A stretch of DNA of 64,000 nucleotides from Scyliorhinus canicula (lineage: Eukaryota). Every line of letters begins with the position of its first letter. Positions within the stretch are counted from its first letter, which is position 1. Below are positions 1 through 13,113 of the stretch, piece by piece. The position numbers and the translations under genes were made by a program. The DNA is taken from contig NC_052154.1 of the NCBI RefSeq assembly GCF_902713615.1, forward strand, positions 159,566,754 through 159,630,753, read 5' to 3'. A model generated the notes under the pieces. It saw only the letters and a program-made list of their open reading frames with translations, was not told the DNA's origin and searched no databases.

Positions 1-2250
1 GAATTTCTCTATCACAGACAAACGCGGGGAAAATATAAAATACAACACCTCCATCTCCTGTCCCTCTAGGGGCATCATTATCATGTTTAGTAACCGCCTA
101 ACATCAGCTGACAGATGCCTCCCTTTTACAAACACCATCTGGTCTTCCCCTATTACCCTGTGCACATGGGAGAAGTAAGAAAATTCCTTCACCCTCGGCC
201 TCCCAAACCTTGGGTCCAAACCCCCCCCCCCCCCCCCCCCCCCTTTGCCCACCATGCGGTCCATGAACCCCTTCAGCTCCTTCATCACCACCAACACCCT
301 CCCTGACTGCGGATCTGACTGTAAATTCTATGTCTATGAATGGAAGACCTGCCCTACCCACTGTTTCCTTAACCTAGCCTGATCTTCAATCTTCAAATGC
401 ATTTCTTGCAAAACAGGACATGTCCGCCTTCAAGCACCTCAGATGTGCAACCATGCGTGACCATTTGACTGGCCATTCAGCCCCCTCACATTCTATGAGA
501 CCAACCTGGGGGGGGGGGGGGGGCACCTCACCCCCCCCCCCTTCCCTGCCGATCAACCATATTCCTTCTTGAGCTAATCCCCGGTCCGTGATATGTGACC
601 CTCCAGGTCCACTCTAGGATGACCACCACCTCATTTCTTGCTCCGCCACAGCAGTCTCCAGCTAGCCTGGCAGCCCCCGCCCAGCTTGCATGTCTCCATA
701 GCGTGATTAACAATTAAACTCACCCGCCGCGTTCCCCAAGCAGCCAGCCACGGAACCCCTGTGGTGGTATGATTTGCATAGCTGTCTGCCATTGGTGCAG
801 AACACCGGCTTACCATTGGCCCTGGTCGGTCATGTGCCTCTCGACCGATTGGTTGAGACCAGTCATGTGACGGCTCTCCGATTGGTCGAGAGGCTGAGTT
901 AACCACGCCTCCATACCGAGGTATAAATAGTCAGAACGCCCGGTGGTCGTCCATTTTATTGTAGTCGACCGCAGGGCTAAGTTCTAGCTTATTAAAGCCG
1001 AACTTTTGTACAGCAACTTGTCTCTCGTGCAATTGATGGCTCATCAACCCCACAACAAATCTCAAAGAAGAGAGGTTCTCCCCTAACCAACAACCCAGAA
1101 ACATTAAAGCAAAAAGGCGGAGAGAACCAACTCTTATACTTCCTCCAGAGTTCAATGTGCTCTCTCTCCTGCCAGTTCATTGTCTCTTAAAAAACTCTGT
1201 TGCCTCCTCTGGTGTCCCAAAATAAGTCACCCAAAGGCGGGCCGGGTACAGCATCTCAAACTTCACCCCCTTCTTGAAGAGGGCAACCTTGACTTGGTTA
1301 AACGTGGCTCTCCTCTTGGCCAGTTCTGCTCCAAAGGTTCTGGTACACCCGGAGCTCATTACCTTCCCAGGTGCACCTCCTCATCTGCCTGGCCCACCGC
1401 AAAATCTTCTCCTTGTCCAGGAATCTGTGGAGACTCATCATCATCTCCTTCGGCGACTCGTTCGCTTGCGGCTCCCTCATCAGCGTCCTATACGCCCAAT
1501 CGACCTCCAGAGACCAACATTTTGGCTACATATGAGCCAGCATCCGCTGCTTCGATGCCCTCTGGCATCCCAATGGTTCTTAAATTTGGTCTCCGTGAGT
1601 GGTTCTCCAGATTCTCCACATTCTCCTTTAGCCGCTTCTGGGTATTCCGCATCATCCCAATCTCAGCTTTCAACGAGGTAAGCTGCTCCTACTACTCCCC
1701 CACCTCCTCCTCCACTTTCTGGATCGCCTGGCTCTGGATCTCCAGCCTCTGATCCACCCGATTGATCCCCGCTTTTAGCGGCTCTACCACCTTAGCCAGG
1801 TCCTCCTGAGCTTCCCTCCCCTGCTGGCTGAACTTCTCATTTAGGAAGTCCACCAGCTGCTCCGTAGACCACTGGGCTGGTAGGGCTGACCCTTTACCCT
1901 GTACCATCTTCACCTGTGGCGCACAAAGAATTTCTTGCTCAACCAGCTCCTTTCGCCTTGACCCACATCTGGTCCGTGAATCCATCCACCGACACCACCA
2001 GTGGAGCTTTACTTTCCTCCACCATTTCTACACCATTTCCACCAAAACATCCGCCCAGCAAATGGGGTAAAGGACTGAAAAAAATGCCTCGAGCGGGAGC
2101 TGCCAAATATGCCACCACTTACTCCATGACCGCCACTGGAAGTCCCGCCTCCGTGCTTCCTCAAAACTACCTGCATATCCTTGTATCATCTGCAAACTTC
2201 GCAACAGTACCCTCAGTTCCTTCTTCCAGATCATTAATATATATTGTGAA
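1..2250 (-). mobile_element. L1-clade LINE, 5' part (ORF1 ~1050-1985 fragmented; ORF2 endonuclease starts ~505 and runs off the window), interrupted by a solo LTR
   Basis: Minus-strand translations RRPNLRTIGMPEGIE / LYPARLWVTY (L1 ORF1-like) and NVRGLNGPVK...LQEMHLKIEDQARLRKQWVGQVFHS (APE endonuclease start); stops and frameshifts present; 5' boundary approximate. Confidence 0.8.
760..1046 (+). mobile_element. Solo LTR of the Gypsy family at 9690-14490
   Basis: TGTGGTGG...GCTCATCA, near-identical to the reverse complement of both LTRs of the full element; 5-bp TSD ACCCC at 755-759 and 1047-1051. Confidence 0.95.
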
Positions 2251-3924
2251 AAGTTGTGGTCATCCACAGATGCACCGTGCCGAGTGGCTAGCACTGCTGC
2301 CTCACAGCGCCAGGGACCGGGAGCTGGTTTCAGCATCAGATGAACTGAACAGGTGTGGGGTCAGGGGATGTTACAGAAGTGGAAATAGGCAACCTTAGCA
2401 ATGGCAGAAATATGGTCAGAAGCTCATCTCGCTGTCAAATATGACATCAAAGTTGTGAAAAGTCTGGTTGAGCCTCAAACATTTGCCAAGGAGAGAAGTG
2501 GAATCGGTGGCTATCGAATAGATTTTGAGGACAGGACTGAATACACTGACTTTATTTTTTGCAACATTGAGGTGGAGGAAATTTCTGCTCTGCCTCGAGA
2601 ACCAGATTTAAAGTAATCGGAAAAAGAAGCAATAGAGACATGAGCAATATCACGCAGCGAGTGGTTAGGATAGGGAATGTAATGCATGAAACTGTGACAA
2701 AGGCAGGTTCAACTGCGACTTTAATAAAGAAATTGGGTCATTATTTGTAAAGGAAACATTTGCAGAGCTAAGGAAGTGGTATCTGGCGAATTGTTCCTTC
2801 GGAATGCCTACACAGACATGATGCTGAATGACCTCTTCCTGTGCCATCACCATTCTATGTTTCTGTCATTCTATCCAAAACACAGAATATATTATTTACA
2901 AAGCTGGTCAACACCTCTCTACCTTTAAACAGTGATATGAGTACAGGCTGATTATTGGTGGATTCAGAGGACAAAGGATAGAAAAGGCCAAATATGTAAC
3001 AGTCTAGAACAGACTAAAATGTAAAGTTTTTGCAAAAAATAACCCAAATAATGATCTTACTCAGGAAAATTGAGCAACAGAGCTGATTTTACACAGTTAA
3101 TATTTATACATGAGAACCGTACAGTTTTCATTTGTTGTTGGCTGAAATATCACTAAAATAAGCAGAGGGTTGCACATAGGAACAACCCTTAAAGGGCTGT
3201 ACTCCAAACTTGAACAAGCACAGCCATGTAAAGCACATGAATCGAATGTACAATGTGTCATTTTGCTACCAAAGCTGAATAATGTGCCTTTAAGGATGTA
3301 TCCACTCATTAGAACCCATCATTGTATTGTTGCACATGGTTTTGACCAATCCGATTACCCTAACGTTAGAGCAAAGTCTGTTCTGTAGAAGGGTGATAAC
3401 TCTCTCTCTCTCTCCACAGATGCTGCCAGACTTGCTGAGTTTATCCAGTATTTTCTTTTTTTTATTTTACATTCATACTTCAGATTCAAGCTGTCTCGTG
3501 ACAACCAATTTGCATGCCATGGGGTTGCTTTAGAGGGCATTAATCTTGCAATCCAAACCTTCCAGCAGAGGAAAGGGTGCTAGCACCAAGCTAACAATAA
3601 TAAATGCATTTTAATAAGTTGTACAAAATAGGCAGGAAGGTAAGCCAATGAAGATCAGTCCTCAGCTTCTTCAGCAGTGTAGTGTTCTACGGCAAGATAA
3701 CGTCTATATTTATAGTCAATATGTTGATTTGGTGCATTTGAGACCTCTTGACATTCCTGAGTCCAACATGATCTCATAGTAGAAGAATATCTTCCTGGTG
3801 TCATGATATAAAATAAAGCATTCTTATACTTGATGCTTTGCTAACTTGGAGTTTCTGTGGAAAAAAAGTAAATAAAATAATAATTATTGAATAAATTAAT
3901 TTTAGCATCCAAATATGTCACACC

Positions 3925-4095
3925 CATCAGAGATAAAGGGGGCAGTTGATTACAGTCAGGAACTGGGGAATTTATAATGGGAAACCAAGAAACGTCTGAC
4001 CAGCTAAGTACATACTTTGGTTCTGTCTTCACAAAGGAGGACACAAATAACGTACCAGCAATGTAGTGCAACACAGGGGTTAGTGATGGGGTGGT
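3925..4095 (+). mobile_element. CR1 LINE ORF2 fragment
   Basis: Degenerate GELIMGN..TSDQLSTYFGSVFTKEDT motif. Confidence 0.6.
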
Positions 4096-5469
4096 AATTG
4101 GTCGGATTGGATTTGTCCTGCCTTTTGTGGACAGGACATGTCTGTTCAATTTTCTACTTTGTCAGGTAGATAGCAGAGATGTACCTGTACTAAAACAGCT
4201 CAGCTATACAACTTAGTGTTGTTAATGCAAAAATAATTTTCAGAGGTGCATTTTAATGTCACTTAACACTGTATTAAGGTGGATGGGCAAAGTCTTGGTC
4301 AATGCAATAGATTTGAAGGAACACCTTTAAGGAAGAAAGGGAGGTGGTGAGGTTTAAAAAGGAAGTTCCAGAGCTTGGGGCTTAGGGAGCTGGAGGAATA
4401 ACTAAAGGAAGAACAGTTAAAAATCAAGATTCCTCAAGAGGCTGGAATTAGATGAGTGCAGATATCTCAGAGTGTGGTGGGATAGGAGCAGATTACAGAG
4501 ATAAGGAGGGGCGGACTCATGGAAGGACTTGAAGAATTTAAAAATTGATGGCGTGCTCCACCATTATTGAGGATGGGGATGTTCAGGCTCTTATTATTCA
4601 AGCACAGGATGGGTGAACCTCCTTTGCAACCCCCTGTGTCCATCGGAGGCATCAAACTTCCAAGATTGCATTTCCCCCTTTACCTTCCACCCTCGCTTCA
4701 CAAACCTATTCCTCCCATCTCCCTCTCATTGAGACCTGCCAGCGTGACCCTGGCAACTCCCCCACCCGCACCCTAACACCAATCTCATGGCGCGCTTCTG
4801 AGAGCTGCCGGCCAATGAATTAGCTGGTAGCACTCTGAGGCATGACTTCCTGTCTCTGAGGGGCTGTTCGGGGATATGTAGAGAATCCAGTCTTATTCAG
4901 GGTCAAAATGAGCATGGAGCTGCCGTTCTTGTACCCACTGATCTTTAGCCAGGGAAAGAGGGTGGGAACCATGGCATCCTGTAAAATGCAGCTATTTGTG
5001 TTTACTTCCTCTAGAGAAGCTGCACTATGTCATTGACAGGAAAGTTTCCTGGATGCTACAGATACTGCATTCCACTTAACATTCACTTCCCCTATTTTCA
5101 TGTACTTTTTACTGGAAAGAACAATTTCTTTCAGTTTTAATGTTCCTCATGCTCTGAGTCAGATGTTTCTCACAATTAGTGGGCACTTTGTTTCCCTTTC
5201 AGGCAGCCCGACATTCAGTCTTAATCTTCATTGATGACTCCCTTTGAGGCCAATTCTTGCTTGGGATCACAGTTAAGGACAGGAATTTTCTAGCCCCCTC
5301 ACAACGGATTTTCCTACGGTGGAGGTGGCTCACTGTTGGCTGCTGGTGGGATCTTCCACTCCTGCCGAAGTCAACGGCAATTTGCATGTCGTGGGATTCC
5401 CTCGCCTGAGGGAAGGGCTGGAAAATCCCACCCAAATGGCATGCATGGTGAACATAGAACATAGAACAT

Positions 5470-5660
5470 TACAGCGCAGTACAGGCCCTTCAGCCCTCGA
5501 TGTTGCACCGACCTGTGAAACCACTCTAAAGCCCATCTGCACTATTCCCTTATCGTCCATATGTCTATCCAATGACCATTTGAATGCCCTTAGTGTTGGC
5601 TAGTCCACTACTGTTGCAGGCAGGGCATTCCACCCCCTTACTACTCTCTGAGTAAAGAAG
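5470..5660 (-). mobile_element. CR1 LINE 3' end
   Basis: AGAACATAGAACATTACAGC... tail matches the CR1 3' end at 58213-58420. Confidence 0.75.
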
Positions 5661-6549
5661 CAGCTCTCTTCAAAAAACAGTTCATTGTAAAACCATAATA
5701 TTATGAAATATTAACATGGGAGCAAAGAATTTTAAAAAAAGATGTTGGGTTGCCTCTTCCATTCTTATCGTAACCCCAGTGCAAGTGCATTGGACATGTC
5801 TCTCCCTCCTCTCACACTGTTCCTTGCATGCCTCGCTGGTTCCATTTTCCTCTCCTCTCCCTGGTCTCACTGTCGGTCCTCACCCTTTCCTCTTGTTCTT
5901 TACTGTTAGAATAATAGAACTATAGAATCTCTACATTGCAGAAGGAGGCGCATTGAGTCTGCACCAACCTTCTGAAAGAGTACCCTTCTGTCTTGTCCTT
6001 CCACATCTTTCTTTTTTGGCTGTTTCATCTATGTCAGCAATAAAGACCTCTGTTTTAGAAGGAAGTAATTACTTTTAAGAATTTCTGAGTTAATTGGGTA
6101 TTAAGAGGTGTATAACGTAATGGTCAGTGGAATGTATTCACTACAGTGACAACTTTTGTTGAAACCAGGCACCAAGACCTATCTTTTTACAGAGCGTTCA
6201 GTTATCCACTTGCTTCATTTGGTAACATTCTTGTTTTTCGTAGAATCCAAGTGATACTTCACTGCTCAATGGAGGGAAAGTGCTATTTGGGGCGTGATCG
6301 TCTGGAAACATTTCCAAGTGCTGTAGTGAGCGGGAATTGCCATGGGTTTCCTGGCACTTGACCCAGCGAGGCCGGCAACGCTATTCAACATTAATTGGTC
6401 CACTTAACGAGGCCTCATGGGTTTCGTGCCTTGAATGCCGGCTCACCAGCTGATTCGCCGGACCGCGCTTGCCAGCCCCCCCTCCCGCTAACAACGTAAT
6501 GCAGCACTTCAACTGCACTTGCTCAGCCAACCCCAGCCAGCTCACAACA

Positions 6550-7142
6550 ATGGCTTCGAGGAGACCGGCTCCAAGGTTCGGGGATGCAGATATAGGGAAG
6601 CCTATAGGGACGCGGTGGAGGCCAGGAGGGATGTCCTGTTCCCCGAGGGTGAGCCACAGGGCAGCCAGTGCTGCTTGGGACGAGGTGGCAGCAGCAGTCA
6701 GTTCAGGCAGTGTGACCAGGAAGACTGGCCTCCAATGTCAGAAGAAGGTCAACAACTAACACCGGGCAGTACGAGCGACTAGACACCAACATCACACACC
6801 CCCACCCCCTGAAGGGAGCATCCCCCCCAGGCGACACCCAACCCTCCCTCCATCCCCCTTCCCCTTCAGCACTTCCTCCACACACCACTTCAACTCTCCC
6901 TCCACCCCAACACTCCCTTCACACCACACCCCCCACAACCGTGAACCACGCGTGTGGCTGACGATGCCCTCTCTGTGTCTCCTCAGGAAAAGCTCTCTCA
7001 CAATCGGCGGGAGAGGGCCCAGACTGGCGGTGGGGTGCTGGACTTGAGAATCCTCACCTCCTTCGAGGAGCGCGCCCTGGAGGTGAATGGTGTGGCCGAG
7101 GACAGGGTGGTCACCCGCGGAGAGGCTGGTGGTCACCGCACA
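6550..7142 (+). pseudogene. Harbinger Myb/SANT-like DNA-binding protein ORF, two exons, frameshifted
   Basis: MASRRPAPRFGDAD.. / DAVEARRDVLFP / WDEVAAAVSSGSVTRKTGLQCQKKVNN, then EKLSHNRRERAQTGGGVLDLRILTSFEERALE followed by G|GTGAG. Confidence 0.75.
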
Positions 7143-7719
7143 GGTGAGGAATCACCAGGCTCCACCCGGAGGACCTGTCAAATGTGAGTAGTGATTGCCT
7201 TACTGACTGACCCATCCGGCCCACTGATCACATGTTTATTCTCCCGCAGGCCCCCCAGGCAACGGCGCAGGCCCATCCCGGGAGGCCCCCTATCCTGACT
7301 CCAAGGAGAACCCCTCGAGATGCAAGTGTTATAGTCGCGGCACAGCTGTCATCCCCATCTTCCACCAGCGCAAACACACACACCTTGGTGGGAAATGTTA
7401 GTGGTCAGGCTTCGAGAGCATAATCTGGTGAGCACCACACTGCTGCTGATGTACATCAGGTGGAGACAGGAACCCCCAGGTGAGACAGCAGATCCATAGG
7501 CGATTGGAGGAGTCCCAGAGGCTACGGGCGCAGGAGATGGCGCCGGCAACGAGTGGTACTGAGGCCAACAGTGCTAGGGTGTCGACCGCAGTGGAGAGCC
7601 TGGTGTACGATGTCAGCACCAAGAGTGAAGGTGCCCAAGGCACGCGCAGTCGGTGACGACCATGACTGAGGGTCTCGGCAGAATGTCTGCCTCACTGGGG
7701 GATCCATGATGTGGAGATG

Positions 7720-7912
7720 TCGGTGTTGGACTGGGGTGGGCACAGTAAGAAGTTTTACAACATAAGGTTAAAGTCCAACAGGTTTGTTTCGAATCGATAG
7801 CTTTCGGAGCGCAGTTCCTTCATTAGGTGAATCTCCTGATGAAGGAGCCACACTCCGAAAGCTAGTGATTCAAAACAGACCTGTTGGACTTTAATCTGGT
7901 GTGTTAAGACTT
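7720..7912. mobile_element. Penelope-like terminal fragment forming an inverted repeat, with a hammerhead-like motif
   Basis: Arms AAGTTTTACAACA..GGTTAAAGTCCAACAGGTTTG and CAGACCTGTTGGACTTTAATCTGGTGTGTTAAGACTT; core CTGATGA-AGGAG-CCACA-CTCC-GAAA at 7836-7860; the same family occurs at 49100-49270. Confidence 0.6.
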
Positions 7913-9689
7913 CGCATTGGGGGATGTAACCCAGTACCAGGCCAACATTGATGGGGTTCTGCGGGACACGTCCGCTCTCAGATAGGAATGGCTGAGCTGC
8001 TGTGCAGCTTATCCAAGTCGTAGGTGGGCATGGCTGAGGCACTGCAGAGCATGGCCCAGTCACTGGGCGATGTGCCCCAGTCACTGAGGAGCATCGCCGA
8101 GGACGTCAACACAATAGTGTGGACTATGGGGAACCACCAGGGCTGGCAGAGCCAGGGGCAGCCAGGGCTGAACCCAGCTGCCACTCCATCCCAAGATGAT
8201 CCCCAGGGCTTCTATGGGCACCGACCGGGAGGAGGGGGTGCTGAGTGCCAACCCGGCCCTTCAACGGTGGCCACCAGCACTACCGAGTTCCACCCCCTTA
8301 ATGAGGTTGCATCTCCGGGTCAGCACACGGGACAGAGCGGCACGCCTGTGCATGTGCCTTCGACAAGTGAACCCTCTGACCCCAGAGCCCTTAGAGGACG
8401 CCCGCTAGGTAAGCAGCTGGCTGCCTCATCTCAGATGTGCATCCTGGGGGCACACCTGGATGTAGTGGTAGAGCTAGGAGGGCCAGACACGTTGAGGATA
8501 CTGAGGGCACTGAGGTAGGGGGGAGGGGTTAGGTAGAGGATGGGGAGGGGGTGGGATTTGGGGAGCGACACTAGAGGGAATGGGGTACTGTACACCAAGT
8601 ACAGCACATTAAACAACTTTTCATAAACATTAAGACACCTCTGTCACTTTTTTCCGCATTGCGGCTGACCCCCGGACCATTTGCCTTTCTCTCCGGTCAA
8701 CCCCCTTCCCCATGGCTCTCACCCACCCTCTGGCTGTGGACATGTCCCTGGAGCTGTGTCCCATCCCCTGGGTGTTTGGATGTTGGCTGTTGCGTGTGTG
8801 GTGTTGCGTCCCACATAGATTCCAGCCATCAACGTTTGATTGGAATGCTAGGCAATGACTCCCACATGCTACATGGCCCGCCAACCCATGGGAATCCACT
8901 TGGCATGTGTCAAGTGCTAACTTAACCACGATTGCCAATTCCCTATTAGCGATAGCCTTCAGCCGTGCATCCAGAGGCCTCAGCAGCCGGTGAGGGTTAT
9001 GGGTGATCGGTGTACCAGACAGGCAGGGATAAGTGTTGCCCCCAGAATGGTGTTGGGATCCAGGAGTTGGCAGGGTGGTGCCGTGAGCGATTTCCCCCCC
9101 AGTTGCCCACCCAGCGGCTCTCCACCGATCCTCCCATGGCAACCCATCCCTGCAGAGGGTCCTCCACTCTCAGCTGAGGGTCCCCCACCCCCCGGCCGAG
9201 CACTGGGGTGACAAGCCCAGCACCCTATGTCTGTTTGACTGTGAACAAATATTGCTGCTCCTCTCCTTAGCTCCCCACGGAAAACATTCCGCCAGATCCA
9301 CGTTTTTCAGAAGGACAGTCCGAAGATCTGCAGGTTAGGTGGACTGGCCATGATAAATTGCCTTTAGTGACCTAAAAAAAGGACGGAGGGGTTTTTGGAT
9401 TACGGGGATAGGATGGAGTGAGGGCTTAGATGGGTCGCTGCAGACTCGATGGGCCAAATGGCCTCCTTCTGCACTGTATGTTCTATGTTCTATTACTAAT
9501 CGGCACCAGCATGAGCACTTACTGGGGAGGCTACTGAATGACAGGATGCCATTGGATGATGGGTGGCTCTCGTTAAATGTATGGAAATTGGGTTTAAGTG
9601 GTGAGAATTGGTTTCTGGCCATGCTATGTCAAGATTCCGTCGAATGGAGCAGGCAGGTTGCATCGCAAACTATTTAGTACCAGGCGCGG

Positions 9690-9975
9690 TGATAAGCCAT
9701 CAATCGAACGTGAGACGAGTTGCTGTACAAAAGTTAGGCTTTAATAAGCTAGAACTTAGCCCTGCGGTCGACTACAGTAAATGGACGACCGCCGGGCATT
9801 CTGACTATTTATACCTCGGTATGGAGGCGTGGTTAACTCAGCCTCTCGACCAATCGGAGAGCCGTCACATGACTGGTCTCAACCAATCGGTCGAGAGGCA
9901 CATGACCGACCAGGGCCAATGGTAAGCCGATGTTCTGCACCAATGGCAGACAGCTATGCAAATCATACCAGCACG
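9690..9975 (-). repeat. Gypsy 3' LTR
   Basis: Direct repeat of 14205-14490; contains CCAAT-type boxes, TATAAATA and ATTAAA in element sense. Confidence 0.95.
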
Positions 9976-10285
9976 TTCACCCCTTGCGGAGAAAGAAGCC
10001 GGGGGGGGGGGGGGGGGGGGGGACCAACGAGAGCCGGGGGGAGGGGGGGGGCGGGGGGGAGAGAACTGGTGGTGTGAGTAGCAGCGGGGAAGGGAGAGAG
10101 AACAAAAATGTTCTCTTCTTTTCTTTTATTACATTTTTGGCTTCCCACTGGCCCAGACAATTAACAATAGTACACAAAGTCCCAACAAAGTCCATGGAGC
10201 TGTTGTAATTTAAATCGATTCGATCAGTCTTTTCGTGGCCTGTGACGTTCTGGCAGACCGCCGCAGTGGAGTAGGTGACGTCGGT

Positions 10286-11215
10286 TCAGCCGATGGTGGT
10301 GGTTCCGCTGACGTCCTGGAGTCCGGGAGCGATGGTCCTTGAACAGTCTCCGTCACCCGAGCTGGCTGTGGAGACGCCATGGATGGGGAAGGGGTGGCCT
10401 GGGTGGGGCACTGGGGGGAAAAACAGGGGGGGGGGGCGTCTGTGGCGAAGGGGGGAAGGCCGCACGCCGGCGGGTGCCAGGTCCTGGAGGGAGACCATGT
10501 CCTGCCGACCGTCGGGGTACTCCACGTACGCATACTGCGGGTTAGCGTGAAGTAACTGGACTTATTCCACCAACGGGTCGGACTTGTGCACCCGCACATG
10601 CTTCCGGAGCAAGCTGGTTCCGGGGGCGGCCAGCCACGTCAGGAGAGGGGATCTGGAGGACGACGTCCGAGGGAAAACAAGAAGACGTTCATGAGGTGTC
10701 TGATTTGTTGCGGTACAGAGGAGTGAGCGGATAGAATGTAGGGCATCGGGGAAAACCTCTTGCCATCGGGAAATAGGAAGATCTCTGGACCGGAGGGCCT
10801 GTAGTATGGTCTTCCAGATGGTACCATTCTCCCGCTCGACCTGTCCGTTACCCCGGGGGTTATAGCTGGTCGTCCTGCTAGAGGCAATGCCCCTGTTGAG
10901 CAGGAATTTACGCAGCTCGTCGCTCATAAATGAGGACCCCCGATCGCTATGTATGTATGCGGGGTAGCCGAACAGGGAGAAGATGGAGAGGAGGGCCTTA
11001 ATGACGGTCGATGTGGTCATGTCGGGGCAGGGAATGGCAAAGGGGAAGCGGGAGTATTCGTCAATTACCGCCAGGAAGTAAATGTTGCGGTTGTTAGAGG
11101 GAAGGGGCCCCTTGAAGTCAATGCTGAGACGTTTGAAGGGGCGGGATGCTTTGATCAGGTGTGCGCGCTCGGGGCAGTAGAAGTGCGGTTTTCACTCTGC
11201 GCAGATGTGGCAGTC
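10286..11215 (-). pseudogene. Gypsy integrase (frameshifted)
   Basis: HPGVTRLYHF..CHIC zinc finger; YIHSDRGSSF; YNPRGNGQVERENG. Confidence 0.9.
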
Positions 11216-12016
11216 ACGGGTTACTGTCCTGACTTCCGCGATGGAGAAAGGCAGGTTGCGGGCCTTAATGAAATGGTAGAGACGGGTCACCCCTGGATGG
11301 CAGAGGTCCGCGTGGAGGGAGCGGAGGCGGTCTATCTGCGCGCTGGCGCAGGTACCTCGGGACAGGGCATCAGGAGGCTCATTGAGCTGCCCAGGACGAT
11401 ACAAGATCTCATAATTGTACGTGGACAACTCGATCCGCCACTGTAAGATCTTGTCATTCTTAATCTTGCCCCTTTGTGCATTATCAAAAATGAAGGCTAC
11501 TGACCGTTGGTCTGTTAGGAGGGTAAACCTCCTGCCGGCCAAATAGTGCCTCCAATGTCGCATCGCTTCGACTATGGCCTGGGCTTCCTTTTCCACAGAG
11601 GGGTGGCGGAGTTCGGAAGCCTGGAGGGTTCTGGAGAAGAAGGCCACGGGTCTGCCCGCTTGGTTCAGGGTGGCCGCCAGAGCTAATTCTGATGTGTCGC
11701 TCTCGACCTGGAAGAGGAGGGACTCGTCGATGGCGCGCTTCGTGGCCTTTGCGATGTCCGCTTGGATGCGGCTAAAGGCCTGGCAGGCCTCTGTCGACGG
11801 CGGGAAGGTCGTGGTTTGAATGAGGGGACGGGCCTTGTCAGCGTAGTTGGGAACCCATTGGGCGTAGTACGCGAAGAAACCCAGGCAGCGTTTGAGGGAT
11901 TTGAGGGTATTGGGGAGCGGAAGTTCCATCAAGGGGCGCATGCGTTCGGGGTCGGGGCCTATCACTCCTTTACGCACTACGTAGCCGAGGATGGCTAGAC
12001 GGTCGGTGCTAAACAC
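11192..12016 (-). pseudogene. Gypsy RT C-terminus and RNase H
   Basis: LKRCLGFFAYY; VESDTSELALAATL; HPSVEKEAQAIV; FTLLTDQRSV. Confidence 0.9.
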
Positions 12017-12631
12017 GCACTTATCCTTATTGTATGTGAGGTTAAGGAGTTTTGCGGTTTGGAGGAATTTCTGGAGGTTGGCGTCATGGTCCTACTGATC
12101 GTGGCTGCAGATGGTGACATTATCAAGATACGGGAAGGTAGCCCGTAATCCGTACTTGTCGACCATTTGGTCCATCTCCCGTTGGAAGACCGAGACCCCA
12201 TTTGTGACACCAAATGGAACCCTGAGGAAGTGGGAGAGGCGCCCATCTGCCTCAAACGCGGTGTATTTGCGGTCACTCGCGCGGATGGGGAGCTGGTGGT
12301 AAGCGGACTTAAGGTCCACAGTGGAGAAAACTTTGTATTTCGCGATATCGTTTACCATGGCAGAAATACGGGGGAGAGGATCCGCGTCCAGTTGCGTAAA
12401 CCGATTGATGGTCTGGCTATAGTCGATGACCATCCGGTTTTTCTCCCCAGTCCGGACCACCAGCACTTGGGCTCGCCAGGGACTGTTGCTGCCCTCGACG
12501 GCCCCTTCCTTCAGTAACCTCTCGTCCTCGGACCTGATGAAGGTCCGGTCCTGGGCGCTGTACCGTCTGCTCCGTGTCGCGACGGGTTTGCAATCGGGGG
12601 TGAGATTAGCAAACAAGGAGGGAGGGTCCAC
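12017..12631 (-). pseudogene. Gypsy reverse transcriptase (frameshifted near YLDN)
   Basis: SPWRAQVLVV; RMVIDYSQTIN; FSTVDLKSAYHQ; VPFGVTNG; FPYLDNV. Confidence 0.92.
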
Positions 12632-13030
12632 TTAGAGGGACGCGAGGCTGCAGACAGTGAGGGGGTGTATAGGGCCGCTGAATTGGAAGGTCAAGCTCTG
12701 CAGGTTACACTGGAAGTCCAGTCCTAGGAGTGCCGGTGTGCAAAGGTCAGGGAGGACGAGGAGTTTATCATTTTTAAAAACCTTCCCTTGGACCGTGAGG
12801 TCTGCGATGCAGCAGCCGGTGATGCGGACGGAGTGCGAACCTGAGGCTAACCCGATTTTGTGTTTTACAGGATGGACAGGGAGCGCGCAGCATCTTACCG
12901 TGGTAGGGTGAACAAAGCTTTCCGTGCTCCCGGAGTCCAGCAGGCAACCCGTCTCGTGGCCGTTGAGGTGGATCAGCGTTGTCGTTATGGCGAGCGTGCA
13001 TGGACGTGACTGGTCGAGCTGAATGGCCAC
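12632..13030 (-). pseudogene. Gypsy aspartic protease
   Basis: CLLDSGSTESF active site; ALLGLDF. Confidence 0.9.
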
Positions 13031-13113
13031 GAGCCGTGGAGAAGATCCATAGTCGTCGTCGGCGGCCGAGTAGGTGCTGGAAGAACCTTGCGTGCCAGTC
13101 CCGGAAGGTGGTG

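Noticed and set aside
5790-5902. Possible minus-strand terminal exon (CTAACAG|TAAAGAACAAGAGGAAAG) resembling the type-A spacer start
   Set aside because: Only a 13-nt match; the phase-1 frame stops after 6 codons and flanking homology to the module ends at ~6060.
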